Made by a program: the position numbers and the translations under genes. The notes beneath the pieces are model-generated. The model saw nothing but the letters and a program-made list of their open reading frames with translations, was not told where the DNA came from and did not search any database. A stretch of DNA of 64,000 bases, taken from contig CM068743.1 in NCBI GenBank assembly GCA_035084275.1, positions 44,206,001-44,270,000 on the forward strand, given 5' to 3'. Source of the stretch: Hydrolagus colliei. Its lineage: Eukaryota. Position 1 is the first letter of the stretch. The number at the start of each line of letters is the position of its first letter. This document shows positions 38,753 through 53,448 of this stretch, piece after piece.

Positions 38753-41700
38753 ACCTCTTGCTCAGGGTCCCAAAGCTCTTGAAACCAAAATTCAAACCAT
38801 AAGGTTAGAACAAATTTATTCCTGTGATCACCACATCAGGAAATCAGATCAGTTCAGACTTCTGTTGGCTCAGCTTTCAGATGTCGAACAATGAGTCTGT
38901 TATCAGTTTGATCACTTGTGGAAAGTACAGCATAAATAATACTATAGTATTTATGAAAACTGTAGTGGATGAGGAATCTTTCAAGGTTAAAAATACTGTA
39001 TATCAATGTATCCCCAAATCGTGAACCAAACATTTACTGTGAGATGTGTAACCTTAGGTAATCCAAGTTCTCTGTACAGTTTTAGCCCATGTAGTAATTT
39101 GTTAATTGCTGTTGAAATTGCAAAAACAAGGTCTACCTATTTATATTTAGGATAAAACATTAGGGGAGTCACATGAGATTGTAGTGAGGGCATTATTTCA
39201 GAAGTTGAAATCTACAAATTAACTCCAGTATTTTAACAGAGGAAAATGTTGATGATGTGATAGGAGATTTTATCAAAGTACATCTTCCTTGATAAGTTTA
39301 GAAACTTTATTATAGCATTATATCATGTCAAACCATCTCAAAATGCATTATAAACTACTATCAAATCGTGTCACTATTTTGTGGATAACCTCAACAAATG
39401 TTTTATGCACAGCAAAGTTTCACAAATAGCTAAGGGCTGAATGATCACTTTATCTGGAAGATTGTTAGCCAAGCCACATGAGAAATCCCCTTATCTTCTC
39501 CACTTGTAATATAGGATCACAGAATCGTTAGCATCCACGGGAATAACACACAGACAGGACCCAAGTTTTAACGCAGACACAATGCAGCACACTGCTCCTA
39601 TTATGCCCTGGATTGTCCATCTCTTTGGAATCTCAAATGGGGCTTGAATCAATAAAGTTCAGAGCCAAAAGTGATCACCCACAAACTGATCCAAGCTGAC
39701 ATCTAAATGGGTTACAAACATCTGACATGTGCTTCTGAGCAGAAGTATATATGAAGATGACTGATTAAAAGGATTTAAATGTAAATGCAGTGGCTTCACT
39801 TCCTGATCTGACATTCTACAGTATTGTGAAAATTGTTTGGAAAGTCCAGAGGACAAGGTGATGAACATACAGTCACCTTAACTGCATTTACAAATAAGGC
39901 AGCTGCCTGGTCATTTGTATGATTAACACTGACCATATCCCTACAGCATTTGACATAATCCAGGATTTGGATAAATTGCTTAGGATATGACAGTACTGGT
40001 AAACTGCAGCTTGCTTTTGCAGAACACACTTACCACAGGAAAACTATGTGGGGGCAGAGAGAGGGGTGTTTCAAAATACTATGAAGTGAAGAAATAGGAA
40101 CAATAGCGATTATCTGAAGATGATAATTCTAACAGTCATAGAAGATAAGATACCCCCTGCAGTTGGCTAGTGCTGGTGGAAATTGTGTTGAGGTTTAGAT
40201 ACAGACTGTTTTGGACTATTGCTAACAATGTGCAGCATTGGAGTCAAACGATCAATGTTGTCCCTTGATTGCACTGCTTGTATGTCAGTCAGACATTCCT
40301 GGCAGAGTGTGAAGGTAAGATTAAGACAGCACAATGTAGTTTCAAACATACTGATGTGATGTATATTTTCCCAGAAATAGGGACCACCAAAATACACAAA
40401 TATCGAAGTCAACATGGTTTCCTCTCAGAGTACAATGGTAAACAAAGCGAGACAGTGTAGGCTATAGGTGGAGAGGCTTTTCTTTGTGAGCAATTAAGGC
40501 AGTGGAGGAGGTTTAGAACACATCTATACACAGCTTAGAAGCTATGTTTGTATATGGTGCATGGTACATTGAAGTGAGGAATTGATTTTTTTCTGGTTTT
40601 CATTTTAACTGGTGCAGCTGCCATAGAAATAGCATTAAGCATCTGTACACATAAAGCGTAGCTTCCATGTAATGTGCCTATGATTTGTGTGACACATGTA
40701 CAGCTTTTACATTGTGCAAATTGCACATCAGTTTGATTTGATGGCTACTGTTTGCATCTGTGATGCTTGGATATGAATTCCACCTCCTCTATCACTGGGA
40801 CTGCTTGACTTATTCTCAATGATTGTTTTTTTTTCTGTTATGTTTGGATTACAACTTTCTCGCTTCCTTTTTTTTAAGCATTCACGATATTTATGAAGTT
40901 GAAACTGTGTCTGTGTTATTCACTGCATATGAACACTGATACTGGTTAATACCTTTTTTTTCCGAGTTGGTCTTGCTTAAGGGTGACCGACAGCAACTGC
41001 AGTGCAGACCTCATGGCTTTAATGATAAGAATATTTAAAAGGGAGAGTGCCAAAAAAAGGTGTGCCCAACCTGTGTACGGTGAAGGAATATACTGTACAG
41101 ATCAAAATGTTTTTGAATCGGGAGAAAGGGGAAAATGTAACAAAAAATATTGTACACTGTGTTTGTTTTAGATATCTGCAAATGTTATATTTTATTTTCA
41201 AAAAAAACAAACACAACAAAATGGGCATATAAAGGTTCTGCTGATTTTTTTAACAAAAATACAAGCTATACTACAATACATGAGAGCATGTCTTGAACCA
41301 AGCTGGGCACAGCCAAGTCTAAATCAAAACATTTAGATTGCTGCAGATTCCAGCCAGGATTTTGTTTCTGGTAAAGAAAATGGTTTTTCTTCTTCAGTGT
41401 AATCCATGCAAATATCCAGTAGGTGGAGCTCTTCAATAATATACCCTCCTTGAACCTTTTGCATCAACTTAAATCAACCATGCTCCAGTTTTTTTCCAGT
41501 AAATACTGACACTGAACTGGTGGAAGAAGAGCTACATTTTATCCTTGGTGTCATTAGACTCTGTAAATTGTTACCGTGAAGTAATTCATTTAGTGCAGTT
41601 TCACAAACTGCCACAACTAAATCACAAGTTGAATATTTAAAAGCAAATGAGGGAAAGCTCTAAGTGGACAAATAAATAAATGGCACAAGTGTGGTCAGAA

Positions 41701-43840
41701 TACATCACATCGTCTTGTGCATTTTGTAATCAGGAGGAAAGCTGAATGCATCTGACTGAGCTGTAGAAGATATCTAAGTGAGGAAATATTCCACATGGCA
41801 ATTGAATAGAATACATCTTCATAGTCCCCTTTTGGATTCTCACCAGCTCTGAATTTTTATAATCATATTAAATGGGTTTAGTAAACTTCCATTCCTAATC
41901 TATCAAGTAGTTTGTACAAAGCCAGCTAACATTTGAGGTGCATCTTAACATGTGCCATGTGCAAATTAAGATAAGGAATGTAGCAAATTTATTCCTTAGC
42001 TATTGTGTAATGCAGCTATTTTTCAACTACTCAAATGCCTCCGTGGATCACCCTACCTATCTCCATGACCTACTTCAATCTTACTGACCTGAGAGTCTCA
42101 TTGCACAGAGAAAACCAGTCTACTTTGTGTCCCCCGCTCTATCTGGTCTATTCTCTGGAAATCCATTCCAGAACCCCACTGACTTGTTCATTCAATGTCT
42201 CCTTCCGTTCCACGTCCGTCTCAAGACCTATCTTTTTCACTGCAGTTTTGTTCATTTTCCCCTTACCAAACCCTTCGGCTCTCACTCCTAGCTCAGGTAT
42301 CTAAAAAGGAATGTCAATTATTGTGAGATGGCTTCCCAACATGAAAGGCACTATAAAACTGTAAATTGTTGCTGTAGTGTCATAAAATAATCTCTGGATA
42401 CTGTTTATACACAGTGTGAGCCTTAGTGTAAAAATTATGGATCAATCTTTTGATTCATGAATTAATGAATTTGCCAAATTAACAGTCACTACACTTTAGA
42501 TTAAATCTTTTGAAGCGCTTTGAGTCGTCATCTGAATGTGAAACACAGACACAAAAATAAATTACAAGATCATTATTATTATTTTATGATGATAAATGCA
42601 ATTTACATTCATATGGCACTTTTCACGTCAGGACATCTCAAAGGGATCACACAGCTGACTAGACACCTGAGCTGAGGAGAGAGGAAAAAAAATACATGAG
42701 AAAAATTGAATTAAACTGAATGCACAAATATCCAGACTGCAATTACATTCCTATGATCAGCTTTTCCTTGTACCTTTTCAACACATCTTGGACCTGATGA
42801 AATTCATAACCAAACAGAATAAACCCAGTGTTATCAGTTGATTGCGTAGAAATAGGACATTTAATCCCCCACTGGATAAATTATACAATTTTACAAAATT
42901 GATCGACAGCGGTTGTGTATCTAATATTCAAAAACAGCATAAAATAAAAATAAATGAAATTGGATCCTTAACCAATCATGTTTCAGCAAATTTCTAACCA
43001 ATTTTAAAATCTTTTTGAATTCATAGATTGTACACATCAGTGAAATTTTGGATAACTTTGAATGCATAATTATGATAAATAATAAATGCACAGGAACATA
43101 GGCAAATAGGAACAGGAGGAAGCCCGTCCCACAAGTTTATTTGATTACAGCAAAGCTCTGCCTTTCTGCCACACCCCTTACCTGAATATTCGTTTTTCAC
43201 TCTTGGCTTGTCACTCTTGGCTTGCCTCGGAAACAGAAGAATCCCTTGAATATGGTACTGGAGGTGTGCTGTGTTGCTCAAGGTGCTGGCATTTGAATGA
43301 TAATTTGAAATGAAGTCCAGTCTGTCTAGTCAAATTAAAGATCCCATAGCACTATTCAATAAGAAAATGGGGCTTATCAGGGTGTCCCGGCCAACAATCC
43401 CATAAGTAAAATTGGTCTTTCACTTTGTGGCTGTTTGCGAGATATTCTTGTGTGCAAATTGCTGTTGCATTCACCTACAAAATACAGACTCCAAACCTTA
43501 AGGTGTATCCTATTCACAAGATCCTGTCTCAAAATTGCAAACCTCTAACCCAGGGGTAAGTGAGTTAATAACCAAACAAAGCTGACGGGCCCTGCTGAGT
43601 AAACATTCTGATAACACACAGAATCATAGAATGTTACAATATACTATTCAGCCATGAAATCTGTGTCTGTGTTTTACTCCACATGAGTCACCTAATATAA
43701 TTTCAGCCTATTTGTTCTCTGAACCCTTTTTCAAACCTCTTTCTAATTTCGTTTTAGAAGAATTTATGGATGCTATTTCAACAATGATTTGAGGCAGAGG
43801 ATTCCACATTCTAACTGCCCACTTTTTTTTAAAAAAAAAT

Positions 43841-44327
43841 TATGGCATAAAAGGAGGCCATTCGGCCCATCTAGTCTGTGCCGGCTCTTTGAAAAGAGCG
43901 ATTCAATCCCACTGCCCTGCCCGCTCCCCATAGCCTAATAGACCTGTTCTCCCTAAATAAAGATCTAATTCCCTTTTAAAAGTTGTTATCGAATCAGCCT
44001 CCACCACCTTTTCAGGCAATGCATTCCAGATTCGAACAACTCGTTGAGTGAAAACATTTCTCCTCAGCTCCCCTCTACTTTGCTTTGAAACTATTTTAAA
44101 TCTGTGACCACGAGTCACAGATTCGCCCACGAGTGGAAATAGTTTTTCTCTATTTGCCCTGTCGAAACCCCTCATGATTTTATAAATATCTATTAGGTCT
44201 CCCCTCAATCTTCTCTGCTCCAGAGAGAATAACCCTAGCCTATCTAACCTCTCCTCATAGCTGAAGTCCCTCAATCCTGGCACCATCCTAGTAAATCTTC
44301 TTTGTACCCTTTCCAATGTCTTCACAC
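43841..44327 (-). mobile_element. CR1 LINE 3' fragment, same young family as the 53.4-kb copy
   Basis: LERVQRRFTRMVPGL...GYGERAGQWD nearly identical to the end of the 468-aa ORF; shared 3' UTR. Confidence 0.95.
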
Positions 44328-44475
44328 TGGTGGCAAAACTCATCCACTCGCTGGACGACTTTGCAAAAAATGTTTTCCAATCTCCCCTTTAATACAGTCA
44401 CTGTTTACCCATTTTTCACAATTCTGAGCACAAAATGCCTTGCAGTCTAAGACTATGTGGAATTTTAGCCACATA

Positions 44476-44782
44476 ATATTAATAATCCTTGCATTTGTTA
44501 TAACACTTTTCATGTCTTCTAGATGTCTCAAAGCACTTCACAGATTATATTGTGAAGTGAATTGACAATATATTTGGGGGTGAAATGTGGCAGCCAATTG
44601 TGCACAGCAGTGTTCCACAAATAGTCGTGGATTGAAATGACCAATGTTTTTTGTGGTGGGAGGATTATTATTAGGGGTGTGGAGTAAGGAAACTTGACCA
44701 AGGTTTTGCCCTGCCTGGATTCGAACCACAGGTCTCACGCTTGTAAGGCTAGTGCTCTAACCACTGACCTTCAGGACTCCAC
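44476..44782 (-). mobile_element. tRNA-derived SINE, short form
   Basis: Same family; B box ggttcgaatcc. Confidence 0.88.
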
Positions 44783-44968
44783 ATGAGTCTTTGCTGTCCA
44801 GATATTCAGTGTGGACATCAAATACAACACATGAAGAATAACAATTAGCTTCCTCTAAAATATCCACAACATAAAGTAAAGTTCAATGGCTATTTCAAAT
44901 AACAAAAATAAATTCTACTAGAGCAAATAATCAATGGTTCATTCTAAATCCAACACATTGAAAAGTAA

Positions 44969-45211
44969 AAACCCAAAATACTGCAGATACTGGAAATCTG
45001 AAACAAAAACAGAAATCGCTGAGAACAGTCAGCAGGTCAGAAAGTATCTATGGAGAAAGGAAAAGTGAGTCAACATTTCGGGTCAGAACTCAGGGTTCCC
45101 ATTCAGAAGAATATTACAACACACGTATATGCTATTCAGGCAGACTCAGAGTTCTGATGAAGGGTCATGGACTCAAAACGTTGACTCACTTTTCCTTTCT
45201 CCATAGATGCA
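44969..45211. mobile_element. Penelope-like retroelement remnant with inverted terminal copy
   Basis: Inverted repeat ~45044-45084 vs ~45170-45210; 14-bp TSD acatt(g/a)aaaagtaa (44955-44968, 45212-45225); hammerhead-like core. Confidence 0.75.
45149..45187 (+). ncRNA. Minimal type-I hammerhead ribozyme motif (degenerate copy)
   Basis: GAGTT-CTGATGA-A-GGGTC-ATG-GACTC-AAAA-CGTT-GACTC: stem I, CUGAUGA box, stem II, GAAA box mutated to AAAA, palindromic ACGT stem III. Confidence 0.65.
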
Positions 45212-46042
45212 ACATTAAAAAGTAAGCATGACTTTACATAGTGTAAAAGGACTACCCAGAAAAGCAATGGAAGCACATTATGGCAAGAAATGTAATAAAA
45301 CTAATTAGATATCTGGTCATCACTGGACTGAAAAATATGAGAAACATACAGTGAATTATGTTATTAAATTACAGAATGGATCAGATAAAGGTCAGATGGA
45401 CATTCCTATGTTTGCTTTCCATGCACCAGATATAAACCTGCACTTTGAAATGTAATATAATAGAAATGTTGTCAACTGTTTTGGATGTTACCCCTGACCT
45501 GAAAATCACTATTTAAATGTAAATTGCATTGCACTGTATGTACATATATAAATTATACATATTCAGGTGATTGTGCTCAGAATTCACAAGGGGATTCTCA
45601 ATCAAGTAAATTAATGATCCAAGTGCAAAATGTATGTAAATGTGTGTTTGTTTCAGATTTCAGGTTTGTATTTCACATTTCTTTTGTGAATAAATTATCA
45701 GAATTTATTTTTCTGTGGTGTCTATACACCTCTCGTGCCCTCCACTTCACCATCAAGTATGCTCTGACTTTCTGGAATGTCCAGCCTCAATCCTGCTGCC
45801 TTGCACTCTCCTTGCCTGTCTTCAGATCACACATGAAGACTTTTCTCAGATAAGCAGAGGTATCCTTACAGCTGAACTGGCTCCAAAGTGATATGTTTGG
45901 CAACAGAATACTGGAATCAAGCAAATCCTCTGTGGGGTCTTGGTTGTTCAGTTACTGATTGAGAAAGATCCACAATCTGGTGCCAATACAGCTCATTGGC
46001 AAGATTTAGAAGGGCAGAATAGTCACTGAGGGCAAGCTATGT

Positions 46043-46354
46043 GGACTCCTGTAGCTCAGTGGTTAGAGCACGAGCCTCGCAAGCGAGAGACCTGGGTTTG
46101 ATTCCAGGCAGGGCGAAACCTTGGCCAAGGTTCCTTACTCCACACACCTGATAATAATCCCTCAAAAAAGAAGCAATAATAGATTGTTCATTTCAATCCA
46201 TGACTGCTTGAGGGATACTGCTGTGTGGAATTGGCTGCCATGTTTCACCCACAAATATATAATCAATTCACTTGACAGTATATTCTGAGAAGCTCTTTGA
46301 GATGTCTAGATGATGTGAAAAGCATTGTATCAAGTGCAAGGATTATTATTGTTA
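46043..46354 (+). mobile_element. tRNA-derived SINE, short form, full length
   Basis: A box tagctcagtgg, B-box-like gtttgattcc, L2-type 3' end with (att)n tail. Confidence 0.9.
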
Positions 46355-47764
46355 TGTGGTTTTAGCTGGTCAGCCTCCAAACTTAGTTATTTATATATTT
46401 ATATAATAGTATCTTTATATAATTGAATTATAATGGTATAACTATTATTCTTTAATGTGTTCCTTAACATTAATAACATTGGTGTTAATTATTGCCAGTG
46501 ATAATTAATATGATTAATTCCAGAAATAATTATGAGCTGAAATGTGAGCAAAACTATCTCACATTGAATCTGTTTAAATACCCTCGACTGGCTATACACA
46601 CACATATGGAGCACAAGATTATTTTGGGTGAAGAAGACACATCTTCAGCACATCTGATCTACCAGAATACGGAACCTACCTTCCTCTCATCACAGCATCA
46701 AGTTTTTTTTTAAAAAAGTGGAGTTTGTCATCCTAACCTAAACCACTCTACTTGGTATCCTCTTCTCATTAATTACTCTATGTGTATAGAAGCACAGTGC
46801 TGCAATTAGCCTTTACAACTTATCTTTGTAATCTTGTGTGATTTTACCCTTTTGAAGGGCATTGTAGCTCATTATACTACTAACCCACATGAGGATAATT
46901 TAGGAAAACTGGGAATCACACCAGGAACAGTTCGTTCTTTATATCCCAAGCCATAACCTGTACTGGGTAAATTTACAAAGACATTGGGGGACATGTAGCG
47001 CACAATTTGCACACAGCAATGGCCCTACATATATTCCGGTATCAACTTTGTAATTGAAAACAGCATTAGAAAGCACTTTTAAAAAAAAGTGAAGTCTGTG
47101 ACACATTCATAAATGGTTGCTTCTGATACAAGTTCAGTCCTTAGCAAATTACCGCTTGTTTTTTACAGCCAGCTATCATAGCAATTTTTTGAGGATCGGG
47201 ATCTATAATACGAGTTGTGTAATCCATGTGTAAACTGATGTGTACAGAGGGAATTATAAATTGCCTTCACTATGTAAGTATCAAGGAAAAAGATCATAAA
47301 TGATTCTGCAACATTTTACATCACTAAATTAAATAATTAATAGGCACGATTACACATTCAGTTGCATATGAGTTAACACAACCTGCATTATACACTCCGT
47401 GGTTGGAGTCTGTGTTTTGTACAAATGTAGGACAATTGAATGACTTGAGCTAGCAGCTTAATAAGTTTCTCTATGATATCTGCCTCTGTGTAAACATGCG
47501 ACTAATCATTTAATTTACCAATGTAAAGTGTTGCAGAATCATTTATAATCTTTTTAATTCTATAGCAATATGAACCATGCATGCATTGTATAAGGTGTGT
47601 GGTGCTTTCGGGCAAAAAAAGCATCATCTTAAATGTAATTTACTAACAAACCCAGATGGAAATATCATGTTTGGAATATGCAATCACATATTCCATTGTT
47701 TGAGAAGATAATGTTTCTTTCATAGCCAAATAACTACTTACATTTTCATATGAAAGAGCCTAGA

Positions 47765-48770
47765 CTACTAACCCACTACTCAACCTGCCTGACCCCTCTG
47801 CTCCACAGGCTGCGGCCTGATCTATGTCCCCCACTATTGGCGGGCGAGTCTTCAGCCACTTTGCTCCTAACCTGTGGAACTCCATCCCGCAGTCCCTCCC
47901 CCTCTCCCCCTCTCTAAATTCCTTCAAGTCCCGCCTCAAGACCTTCTTCTTCGATGGTCCCATTGGTCACCCCAAATCCCCACCCCCTCTCTCCACCCTC
48001 CTGGTCCCTGACACCATCTTGGGTCTGAAACAATGACTGTCCAGTGCCTTAGGATTTCCTCATGACTTGAAAGGTGCTATACAAGTGTAATGTTGTTGTT
48101 GTTATTGTTGTAGACTTCATAGACTGTCTGGAAGTGCTTAATATGTTTCTCAAACAACACACTGTTGCTATCATGTCTCACTTAGCAGCAAATTCAGTGG
48201 AATCATGACTAAAAGAGATTACGCCAATTCTCTGCTTGCTGGACTATCTGCCTCTCCGCTTTAGAAGCTGCAGTATATCCAGAACATTGCTGTTTATGTT
48301 CTTTCTCGCATTAACTTCTGCAAGCCCATCAACCCCATCCTCACTCAGCTCTACCTCTCCCCAACCCACAGAGGATCAGATTCAAGATTCTCAATCTAAC
48401 ATTTAAATCACTACAAATCCCTTCAAGATTTAGCCGCACTCTACCTCCCTCTTCTCCTCAAACCTGACTTATCTATCAGGCCCCTCCACTCAGTAGGCAT
48501 TGACCTGCTTCACATTCTCCAGTTGACACACCCTACCATCAGCACCCCTAATCTCTGGAACTCTATTCCGAAGTCCTTACAAGTTACCCCTCTCCTTGTC
48601 TCCTTCAAAGTCTGCCTCAATACCTTTCTCTTTGACTGTGACTTCAATCATCTTCCCCCAATCCATCTGCTTGACCCTGAACCCCAGCTTGGGTGCAAAC
48701 TCTCAACTGTGCAGCACTTTTAGATATCCTTCTGTTGACATGAAATGCACTTTTCAAATGTAAATTTGTA
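47765..48770 (+). mobile_element. Two tandem L2 3' fragments (~47765-48110, ~48230-48770)
   Basis: PTIGGRVFSHFAPNLWNSIP...FKSRLKTFFF and PNLWNSIPKSL...LNTFLFD; L2 tails. Confidence 0.85.
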
Positions 48771-51081
48771 ATTATCGGATTGTGTGTTTGACCTGCTTGA
48801 GGAAGACTGTGTGTTTATTAGAAACAATTACAGGAGTTGCTGTGAATAAGTAGGGATATTGCTATTCGCAGAATTGACAATATAGTCACTACACTTCATA
48901 GTAAAACCCAGTGACGCTTTTCAAAACATAACAGGCTTGATATTAAGTGCAATGATTATTCTATTATAGAACATAGTGGAAAATTCCATGGACATTTTAA
49001 AGTGAAAATTTAAATAGAAGAATGTGAAGAGGTGGAAAATGAAACCAGAGTGGTGATGGTGAGTTCAGTGAGACAGATTGCAATATTGCTGTGGAACTTG
49101 CACAATGTGTCCAATAGGCCTGAACTCATCAATTGTATTGTGACTTCCTCTGAGTGCTCTCTATCAAATTGGTAAATCATACAGCCATCATAGCCAGGGG
49201 GAATCAACAGTTGTGTTGATCACAGGGTAGCTTTTCAGGTATTTCAGGTATAGCAGCCATTCAAAATACACAATTAGTGAAATTATCTCTATTAACTATT
49301 TATTAGTTTCAGCTTTCATGTACAGAGCTCTTGAGTTAATTGTGGCAAATGATGATCTGGACTGAGACCAACAGAATTCCTTTATAGAAGACACTGAACA
49401 CTATCAATTAAACTCTGCTGCCACTTACACTGAGTTGGTCAGAATTAATAGAAACAAAAAAGACCTTTTCAAGCATTGAATTAGGTGTCTGATCATTTAC
49501 ATTTACTATATCCAAACCATCCAAAATCAAAAATTAGGCAAAAAATACATTAAGAGTGAACAAGAAGCAAATGGAACTAATAAACTAGCAAAACCCTTAT
49601 TAACGTCATCAAGCTGTTGCATTGGCAATGGAGCAGGAATATTGAATTACAACCAGCAAATTTTCTTTCGACAATTTAATTGTACTGGTGACATTGAGAT
49701 AGAGGACAAAATCGCAGACATGTGCAGACACTTTTTCATGGCCTATAAAATGCATTGTCTATTAAAGTTACACACAATAATGACATACCATAAAAACTTG
49801 TCCTGTGAGACAATGACATCCATGCTTACATCACCTACTTCAATGTACTATTATTACAGGGTCAGGCAATAAAACTCTGTTAAAGACCATCCACCGGTTG
49901 AACTGTAAAAGGTTAGAAGTTTGCCCAATAATGAATCATGATGTTTGCAACCGATACTGTTATCTGGTGAGACTATAGGGAGTAATATAATAGGATATTA
50001 GAACTACCTGAACATTTGATTAAGTAATTAATGCAAACTGTGCTGCACTGCTTTTATTTAAGAAGATCTAAATCATTGGGCTTCATTTGCTTTGTTCCCT
50101 CGGTAATAAGACGAACACTGACACATAGAAGCTTAATCACCTGCTTGGCATGCTCCTGTGTAGGTATCCCAGATAGATTGTTTTTACAAGGAATTCAATT
50201 AATGCATTACTAAATTTCCCCAGTCTGACAAAGCACCTCAGCTGCAACTTTTCTCTCTTCTCTCTAATGCAAATTAGCTGCAAGGCCTGCCATCCCAAGC
50301 CTCTGAGACTCTCATCTATGCCTTCATTACCTCTAAGTTTCAGTATGCCAATATGCTGCTTGCTGGACTCTCCACCTTTTCCATGTACAGGCTATCCAAC
50401 ATTCTCTAGCTGTACACTCCTATTCAATGCTCCATAAACCAATCACCCCAATCCTCACTTGGCTCCACTGGCTCCCCAATGGATAATAGATAAAGTTATT
50501 TTAAATCCCTCCACGGTCTCATGCCACTCTACCTCTGCAACCTCTATCATGTCAGGCACTTCTAAATATGTGCCTAGTTTTAGCTTGTAAGACTGTGCAG
50601 GTAGATAACCACCAAGAGAATCCTCTTTTAAAGTAATTTTAAAGGTACACACTTCCAGTAGTTCTATCCTAAAACAGAATAGTCTCATGATTATTATCAT
50701 CAGTGTTCTCTTTTAGCCTGCAAAGGGAAGAATATGTGCAGATCAGCTGTACATCTATGGTTGTTGAAATTCTGCAACAATTTTGTGAACTTTTTAAAAA
50801 CACAAACCATTAAAATGAACAATAGCAATTCTTGCATTTGATGTAACACCTTTCACTTCAACGGGACGTCTCAATGCTTCACATGATTCACTGTGAAATC
50901 TACTGTATATTTTTTGGACAAATGTGGCAGGCAATTTGCACATAGGAATATCCCACGAATGGTCATGAAGTGAATATCTCGATTTCATTTAGGGGGATTG
51001 TTTGCCAGTACACAGTGGGAAAATTTTTCCCAAATAGTGCCATTGGATTTTTAACACCCACCTAACCAAGAAATCAGGAAC

Positions 51082-51197
51082 AAAATCAAAAGTTGCTGGA
51101 GAAACTCAGCAGGTCAGGCAGCATCCATGGAGAAAGAAAAAAAGAGTCAACGTTTTGGGTCTACAACCCTTCGTCAGAACTGGGGCTTGTTTGGAAA
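51082..51197 (-). mobile_element. Penelope-like short insert with hammerhead motif
   Basis: Perfect 15-bp TSD caagaaatcaggaac (51067-51081, 51198-51212); minus strand CTGACGA-A-GGGTT-GTA-GACCC-AAAACGTTGACTC. Confidence 0.78.
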
Positions 51198-53448
51198 CAA
51201 GAAATCAGGAACTAGATTTAATGTTTAATTCAAAGAATGGCACCTCAAGCAAGGCAGCATATCTTCAGCATTGTATTGGAGTGTCTGCTTAGATTTCTTT
51301 GAATACCAACTCTCAATATGGGAATTGAACTCTCAATCTTCTAACTCAGAGAGGATTAGCGCTACCAACTGAACCAGGCTGATGCACAATAAATTCCCAT
51401 CTCAGCACTCAGGAACGCTACCCTGCCTAAGAGGCACTGTATAAATTCATATTGTTGGTGTTGTTGTTGCTGCAATGAAAATCTAAACAAGTACTTTACT
51501 CTCAGTTGCATCAACACAACTTTTATTTATGTATACACGTTGAAAACTGTGAGACATGATGGATATTGAAAATGGAGTGATGGATGAGATTCATCAAATA
51601 GGATATGAGCCCATTGAGTCAGTCATTCCTCTCAAACCATTGTTGTAGAAAAAATTAAACAGCATCTGAGCAAATGTTACATTTATATAAATGGTCCCAT
51701 TAACAAGATTCTCATTAAACAACGTGTGTCATAGTCTTTCAAGTTAAAAAAAACAATTAAGCATAGGATCCAATTATTGTAGAAAATGTTGAGAAAAACA
51801 AACCAGCAATATTCATGGATTAAAACTCTTGCTTTTTTTGCACTGTTTTCCCACTGTTTCCTTCCATGCATGAGAATTCATCACAGATTACTGCTGTCAT
51901 AGCAACAACAGAGGCTTAAACAAATTCAAGGAACCCTGAAGGTGATAGAAAAAGTTAAGTATTTGGGGAGAGAGAAAAAAAACTAGAAGAATGAAATCTG
52001 TCAAGCAAGTTTTTTTTTGTCTTTTTAAACCAGTGAACACTTGTTATGGGGCTGTAGATCCTATAGTTCTGCACCCACAGATGAATTATTTATTTTGTTT
52101 GTTTAAATTTGTGCTTAGGCAGTCTGTAGATGAATATTATAAGACACTTGGATGAGCCAATGTCATTGACAAGTTTGTGAAAAGGGGCCCAAATGTTAAA
52201 TAATAAATTAAAGGACTGTGTCTAAACAGAGATGTTAAGATTCAATTGCTTCTGTCAAAATGGAAGATATCATTCAGCCAATGTTAAAATCAGAGCGATG
52301 CTGCATTTTGATGAATGCCTATCATTTTTTTTAATGTTGTCAGAAAAATATGAGATGATTCATAGCTCTAGGTTCATATTAATTTATTTCGCTGAGCTAG
52401 ATACAGCAAGGTCAGCAGTAGTATAACAAGCCGTACCATTTCCTCATCAATCAAATCATAATTTATTAGTGACTGTACAGTGAGGAGTCATACATTTACA
52501 GAATGTATTTAACTTTATGGAGGTTTCATTGGGTTTAAATGATAGTGATGGTGTAGCATCTCTGAAATGCAATTTCATACTTGCAGCAATTTTCTCAACA
52601 TCATTTTATGGCTGATGTACAAAATGGAAATTCAGTCCATATATTATTGATTCCTAATGTGGAAAATCTAAATGGTAATTATTTCCAGGAGCATTTTTTT
52701 TTACATTACTGAGCCCAATCTTTTAATAACTTAAATCTTCTGTAACCTTTCATCTGGGTTATGTTCCACTCTGGTTGTTTTGGGGAAAGATACATTTGTT
52801 AGATTAGTCAGTTGGAACCGTGGTAAATAAAATAGCATAATTCCTCCTGGCTCAAAACTTTAATACTCTTCCTTACAGAAGCTGCCTTGTTAATTGTTTG
52901 GCGCATATGATGCATGGTTTCAATCAAGCAGTAACATAGTTTCAATCTTATTCTTCTCAATTGCTTTTGATCACCTCGTCAGTGGTTCTTGTCTTCTGAA
53001 ATATTATTGTGATTGATAATCCCGTTTTATCATTTTTTTCACCATTTTCCATTATCGGAGGTTTAGCTATACTGAATCTGTCATACACTTCATAGAAAAC
53101 AATACTTTCATTTCAATAGCGTTCAGAGTAACTTCATCCTACTGTGACAAACAGATAAGGCAAAGACAAGCAAAGCAATGAGTAATTAACTTACTTAACT
53201 GGAAATAATTTTCTTAGCCTCAATTCACAGGTTGTGAGAGGTCAATTATATCATCTTGGCTCGTTTGATAGCACTCTTGGAACAAATCTCATTTTAAAAC
53301 TTAATCTCATGTTTTAAAATGTTTTAGGGTCTGCAATTCAGTGCTGGGAGAGTGCTACACTTTCATTTGTTGGAAGAAATATTAATCCCTAAAGAGAGTG
53401 AATTTCTCGTGTATTTTAGCTGACAGTCCTTCTGATAAATTGATTAAT

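Noticed and set aside
46043-46115. tRNA gene-like sequences (also ~15752, 32540, 44710)
   Set aside because: They are SINE heads continuing into SINE bodies, with degenerate stems; not real tRNA genes.
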